Source: Paraspadella gotoi
Taxonomy: Eukaryota > Animalia > Chaetognatha
Length of the DNA: 64,000 nucleotides
Assembly: GCA_051294375.1 (NCBI GenBank)
Contig: CM119266.1
Location: forward strand, 10,449,789 to 10,513,788
Direction of reading: 5' to 3'
Each line of letters starts with the position of its first letter. Positions within the stretch are counted from its first letter, which is position 1. This document shows, one piece after another, positions 57,722 through 64,000 of the stretch. A model generated the notes under the pieces. That model made no database searches. It worked only from the letters and a program-made list of their open reading frames with translations, and was not told the origin of the DNA. The translations under genes and the position numbers were made by a program.

Positions 57722-58058
57722 TTTTCGTTGGTTATTTGAGAGAGAGAGAGAGAGAAAGAGAAAAGTCGGAAAAAAGCTTGGAAGTCGAAAAAGCGAAAAA
57801 AGTGAAAAGCGAAAAAGTGAAAAGTGAAAAGCGAACAATGGAAAAAGAAACTTATCAGTTGACAGGAAGAAAAACTTTCGCGAGCCTTAGGGTCATTAGT
57901 CATTTATAGATAAGAAGGCAAAGAATGAAAACCACCGAGAGAGAGAGAGAGAGTGTGACACACACTGGATAGAGAGAGAGAGAGAGAGAGAGACTACGCA
58001 AACTCAAACATCTGTCAAAGTTTTTCCGTAAACGCGCGGTCGCGCGTGGCACCCGAAC

Positions 58059-59665
58059 CATGTACGATTCGCGTTCTCGATTCGTTACCAAAAAAAGAAT
58101 CGACGTCATTCCCCCATTTCGCGCCATGGCATCGAGTCCTCATTTTTCCTTAATTTCTTCCGAAGAAGAACGAACGAAAAAAGAACGAAACTTTTTTTCG
58201 ACCAGTCCCTAACACATTTACAAAGTAAGCGAAGAAATCGATTTTTCCTCAACAAGTAAAAGACAAAATAATTTTTGTTATGATGCAAGAACGAAATTGC
58301 CAAACACTGCGGAAAATTGTCACACAACACCATTCGCCGCGCAACGAACAATCATTTCCGTCCTTTAAGGGGACCAAGTGAACAGGGGGGGTAAAAAGCT
58401 GAAAACATAACGTTTGACCGCTTTAACTTAAGCTGGTTTGACCGATAATATTTTTTCTTTTATAATCATATGGGAAAGTAGTTAAAAAATTCATAAATTC
58501 AGCGAGCTTAATTTTTCTTTAAAAAAATCGTAAGAAGAAAATCTTTTTCAAGTTTAAAATGTTTTTTTTTGCAAAAAAAGGGGGGGGTAAGATCTAATTT
58601 TAAAAGATTTTTTCAGCTTTTATCACAAAAATTTAATAAGAGAAAAATCTAGGAATGAATCAAAATTTAAGGTATGCGACTGATTTTATTTAAAAAAACT
58701 TTCTTTCAAATGATTCTGTTAATTGGATGAAAATAAAACTCTTTGAAGTAATATAAAATATAAAAAGAACAAAAAGATTCTGTACTTTTGCCTAAATTTT
58801 TAGTTATTATAATTAGGAATCATAAAAAAATAGATTTAATAATACATTTTAAGGGATAAATATGAATATTAATTAATAATTTTACAATTTTGTTTCTGGT
58901 AAGAATAGAATTTAAGGTTTGATTTGTTCTGCTTTTAGGTAAAATTAAAAAAATATAAAAACTATTAGTCTTGTAAGCCTTTGTTTCAATGAGGCTTAAA
59001 CCTAAAATTGTAGCTTTGTACTAGTAAAATAAAAAAATCTGGAATTTAGTAAAAAATACTTTCTAATTAAAAAATAAATAATGGACTTATTATAAATTTA
59101 GGTAGGGTCAACTAAATGTTTTTTTCATAATTAATTAATTTTTGTTTCCGCTACAATAAGAGAAGGAATTTTTTTGCTACTTTCCCCGTGCAAAAAAAAA
59201 TTAATTTTGTATGCATAGATCACGAACATTCAAATCACTGAATGCATACGACCTCCCAAGCTTAGGAATCAACTTTTTCTGGTCCCCTTAAACGTCTTTT
59301 TGCGAACAAATCGAAATAAAAAATTCTACTCCCGAACCGTCAATCGTTACCAAAACCGTTTACAAACCGCAGGAGAACATCTCAGAGAATTGTCGCTAAG
59401 GTTCGACGACAACGACGCCCTGGACCTGTCCGTTCTCCGCAAAAAAATCCACGCGATCGAGCGCAAGGAAGTAGATTCGTATTTTCGCTTCGAAAACATC
59501 CCAGACTTTCCTACGATCACCAATCCTGACTCCGATCCCCGTCACCGTCTTCCACCCACGATTTTCACACGCCGTTCTCACCACACAAATTTCGCCCAGC
59601 ATGAATCGACGGAACCGGAAGCGGAAGACCCACGCGTTCTACAACAACTCTCGACGACTTTTTAA
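58059..59665 (+). pseudogene. Decayed ORF of unknown function, split by a DNA transposon and upstream of PolB
   Basis: Removing 58369-59291 restores ...RRATNNHFRPL|NVFLRTNRNKKFY...; the upstream part has in-frame stops. Confidence 0.55.
58369..59287. mobile_element. Non-autonomous DNA transposon (~920 bp) with TTAA TSD, Kolobok-like
   Basis: TTAA|GGGGACCA...TGGTCCCC|TTAA, AT-rich non-coding interior, and excision restores the flanking frame. TTAA TSD with GG termini fits Kolobok rather than piggyBac (CC). Confidence 0.8.
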
Positions 59666-60559
59666 AAAAAATGGAAAACGATAATTTTATGCCAACAAGA
59701 ACTTAATTGCGCTGTTACGAATGTTTTCTATAAAATGGAAATGACTTTTACGCACAATTCATCGAAGCTTACCTAGCCCCGACGAAGAGATGTACATAAA
59801 CGATTATTTTTCGACCCGTTTACCCACAAGAAGAAATGCTGAGAGAATTCTCCAACCCCACCCCGAGCGAAGGAGACTCAGGATATGCGGGGAACGAAGC
59901 GGTCATCATGGACATTACTAACGCCCCCCTTACCCCACCACAACCCCCCCTAACAACTAAATCATGGAAACGGAAAAACGAAAGAAAAAAAATTACTAAT
60001 ATCCCAAATTCGAATTATCAGAACCCAAATTGCGAATCATGTAAATTTTTTTAACACACAAACATTTGACAATTGTACTTAAACACGTAATCACGGAACT
60101 TCAAAATAAAAAAACAAAAAAAAAGTTAAAAAACTTCTCGTGAAAACGTTGAACTCTCCCGACATCTATCGTTTTTAAAGAATAAACGATCCACGATGCC
60201 GTTCGATCCCTATCGTTCTCGGCGACTTTTGGATTCACGCCCCATCGACTCATGGATCCATTCTTCGCAAAGAGGAACGGGAGAAAGTTCGGCACGGGTC
60301 AATCCCCAACCCTCTTCCACCGAAGCGAATCCGAGAACCCTCGTACTCGCGCCGCAACACGCGAAAGTCCGCGAACGACCCCCGCCACCCAGCAACGATT
60401 CCACGCAGCACCACGAAACGACGAAGACAACACGAGAGACCACGACGACGAAGGAACCCCCGGAGCTCGAGAGGAGAGTCCGACGACTGGGAGGACGAAG
60501 AAATTGTAACCCGTAAGCATTTTACTAACAATAATTTAAAGAAAAAAAAATTAGCCAAC

Positions 60560-62597
60560 TCGGTAAAGAGGACGAATACGAGAGTCTTTATTCGGTTTAT
60601 TCCAAGAGAACGTTATTTTATTTTAAGTTCGTATCAAAAATCATTAGGAAAATAATTCAATCGTTTAGATTCGTTCCTCGGAAGAGTCGGCCGATTTTGT
60701 CGAATTGCTCAACAGAGCCAAACCCTTTTTAGTAATATTATATTCAGAGAACTAAAAAAAAAACAAAATCTATCAAGTTTTCAGTAAAAATTCGTTTAGC
60801 GTTATTTTCCGCCGTTGGCACGTCCACAGAGGGAGGAAGAGAGCGACGTCGAACACATCGAAGACGCCGACTTGATATATTACGAAAGTCAACAACCCGT
60901 AGAGATCTTGATCCGCGGACGGCTTACGGGAACGTTAACAGGATATTCGAAAATTTGTTTTACGAATTTCCGAACTGACGCTGAAACGATCCGGACTCGT
61001 CTATCTATACACAGTATTCTTAAAATTAAATATATTTCGCTTTAAAAAATATATGAGTGTCGAGGAGGCTCCCAAAAATCCCAAATTTCCATAAAAGAAA
61101 AAACGCGCTTTTAAACGTTCCAAGTAAGGATGGTAAATGTTGTGAATTGCATAATAGCATCAATTTTTAATTTTTCTGCCAAAATAGCCCCGATACGAAA
61201 AAAAAATTAGACCCTTTTTATAAATATATTAATCACAGAAGCGTGAATTTCCCGATCACCAGTCCGAGACAAATCGAAAAATTAGAGAAACTCAATAAAA
61301 ATTTATTGCTATTCATATTTATACATACAAATATAAGAATAAGAAATTAAAAATTTTCCCGTTCTTCATTTCGTCCTGCAATGAAAAACCGCAGTTCGAT
61401 CTCACCATATTACAGGTCGGAAAAGGCGTCAGCCACTTCATGGTCATTCGGTCTCTCTCCAGACTTCTGTCGTCATCCATAAGCAGGAATACCCGCATTA
61501 AGCTCTTCCGCGTTAAATGTTTAAGATCCTTTAGTAAGCTATATTTAAAAAATCAACATTACGAAACGTGTTTCAAAGAAAAAAGAAACCAAAAATTTGT
61601 ACTGACTCCACCAGGCACTCACATCGAATTTAAATCCTGGTCTTCGTTTTACTGCTCAAAATTCATAGGCGCCTGCGACACAGAAGCGATAAATACCCTG
61701 AATAAAAATCTGAATCTGAACAGAGAGTACATTCCCTTGGAAGAGGGAGAGGTCAAGAACAGACCTTGGTGCCAATTCAAGCACGAAAACGAACACAGTA
61801 GGGACTGCGAAAAATGCGGTAGCGCCATGCCATGCATCAAATTTTTAAAATGAAGTAACATTATGAGCAATTTAAGATTGGTTTCATACGCCTATCAGAT
61901 AATTAATACCTATGATAAAACACATACCTTTCCTATCAGGCACTATCAGGCAAAGAGCGAGGAAGAATTTGAAAATTACACCGTTCAAAAACATTTTTTG
62001 GATTCTCTGTATAATGACTCTTACAAATTAAACGAACTCATAACTACCAACAATGATTTAGAAATAACGGATAAAATTCGCAAAGAGTACAAAAGCGCAA
62101 AAAACTGTGAATTATGTAAGATTCCATTTCCAAAAAAAAATGATTTATTATTTCAGAAACATAGTAAAGTTTTACATCATGAGCATTTATCTGGCAATAT
62201 TGATTTGGATTACACATTTAACAATAAAATATATGCTATAGTTTGCAATCAATGTAATTTAGCATTGATAGACAAGAGCGAAATTACTATAGCTATACAA
62301 AATCTCAGTTATGACTTCACCCAGATCCTCTCCTCTTCCATAGCGAACTTAAGCCATTATTTTCGCAGAGTGGATGTCTTGGGTAAGACGGAAGAAAAGG
62401 TCATGAGCGTCAGCATACCTTTCTTATACCAGGACTGCAGAGCCGAAAAGAAGCGAAAGATCGAAGAGTACAGAAAGGGCACGGTTCCCAACCTGATCGA
62501 AGAGAGAAAAAAAGAAAAGTGGTTTTCGCTGACATGCCCGGGAATCTCCGAAGCTTACGACCGTCTGGAGGCGCTGGAGGCCGCGGGAGGCGGCTGA
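60560..62597 (+). pseudogene. polB: Polinton/Maverick (adintovirus-like) protein-primed DNA polymerase B, N-terminal/exonuclease half, decayed
   Basis: Ordered motifs across frameshifts: RGGS..NALLNVPSKDGKC; VNFP...IEKLEKLN; SHFMVIRSLSRLL; KCLRSF...QHYETC; ExoI FIGACDTE; EndoVII-like CELCKIPF...VLHHEHLSG...CNQCNL; ExoII QNLSYD. Polymerase palm motifs not seen. Confidence 0.8.
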
Positions 62598-62879
62598 AGC
62601 CGGCGAGAAAGGTCCGCCCGATGAACGAAGACAAACAATGGGAGTCGATTCGAACGGCGGGAGCCGGACTTCGAGGCTGTGCTCCGCGAGGACGAAGACG
62701 GACGATTCGGAGAACGAACGACGATAATGACCGAACCGCTTGGAAAGAACGGGGTCGCGTTCCAAAAGCACGGTTCCGCCTGTGGAAACACACCGCTCAG
62801 GAAAAGAGTTTCCAAGGACAAACAACTGACGACACTAAGTCGCCAGCTTGCGGGGAGTGAATGAACCTCCCAGGTCTCT

Positions 62880-63375
62880 TTAGATGGTTGGTTTGCGATG
62901 GTAAGATGCGGATCGTACGACCGTGGCGGCCTTCACCAAATCCAGATATCCGCTGGCCGTGTGTCGTGCACCGAGCGCCAGGGAATTCAGCGGAAAAAAC
63001 TTCCACATATCTATCCTGTAATGGCGGAGTGCGTCCCCAAGGAGGGCGCGCTCCGCGGTTGAGACAACACAGCCATCCTCCGCGATATCTGCCATCGTCC
63101 TCCACCACCATGCCCCATGGCGGTTTTGGGCCATCTCGAAAACGTATTTCCTCAGTTCGATCGCGTCAGGAGCATGACCTCCTTACACGATCCAAAGTAG
63201 AAGCTCTCTTCATTTCCATATTTGCCGCATCCACGGCGTCACACTTGCACGTTAATTGTCTGGGGAATCGGGAACGCGGCGATCTGACCGCAGCGGTCCG
63301 TCGTAAAAAGTTTGTCCATGCGAAGCCAAACAAAATGGTCTTTTCAGCAAAGAACTTGGCTAATCGCCCGACATT
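62880..63375 (-). other. GC-richer coding-like segment with broken frames, converging on PolB; 3 x 11-bp repeat (gttagacgt) upstream at 63383-63414
   Basis: Fragments such as AIELRKYVFEMAQNRHGAWWWRTMADIAEDG; no family recognised. Confidence 0.25.
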
Positions 63376-64000
63376 TTCGAAAAGTTAGACGTATGTTAGA
63401 CGTAAGTTAGACGTCATGTGGTCGAAGCAAACCTGATAAGAATAAAACTGAAAATTAGAAATTGAAATTACTTCAATTCCAAAATTACTTTTAAGATAGA
63501 GAGAAAAAAATATAAAAACACGAACCGATGCTCTTTTGTCTTACAGTTAGATTTTTCCCCGAAAATATAATTTCCGTCTCAGTCGCTAAGAATGTCGCGA
63601 ACCAGATTAGGCGCGCTAAAAAACGCAAACACAAAATAAGACAAAATGAACAACGCGCAGATTATTGATACGAAGAAAAATAAAATTCAAATAACTTTCG
63701 AAACATTATCAAAAATTAGACGAAAATTTGTATGATGTAAAAAACGACATATAAATTCCAAATCACGTAAAAGACGACATTTATACCGCGAAAATTATGA
63801 AAATTCGATTATTTTTTATTGAAATTAGCGAGTAATCCATGTAGATCGTCGCTCCGGCAAGTAGAAAATAAAATCCAAATTTCCGGCCGATGAAATAGCG
63901 ATATTTGAGAACGCAAAATTAACTCGTAAAATATTAAAATATTTTATATACATATTAGTCAGAAATACCCAATAGTCCGTCCGTAACTCACACAAACGGA

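Overview
Eukaryotic (animal-like), AT-rich scaffold segment with dense (GA)n/(TC)n microsatellites and N-gaps. It holds two indel-riddled duplications (1-3690 vs 13161-16545; 33843-38319 vs 38345-42960) that look like long-read gap-filling artefacts. One host gene is recognisable: a six-exon FAM187A-like two-Ig-domain membrane protein (29387-33960). From ~43.1 kb the sequence becomes gene-dense, with several intact, small, spliced orphan genes (mostly single-pass membrane proteins) next to a decayed Polinton/Maverick-type protein-primed PolB. One orphan gene is split by a Ty3/gypsy LTR retrotransposon (46444-54365, TSD AGAA), whose pol is itself interrupted by an inverted, internally deleted copy of the same family (46927-49796, TSD GAAT, tRNA-Leu PBS). 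The most unusual feature lies between pol and the 3' LTR: an antisense, TATA-associated, intron-containing unit in which one leader exon can splice in frame into two different small membrane proteins. The two element copies carry different middle exons. All gene models were built by hand from splice signals and frame continuity; no database search was run.
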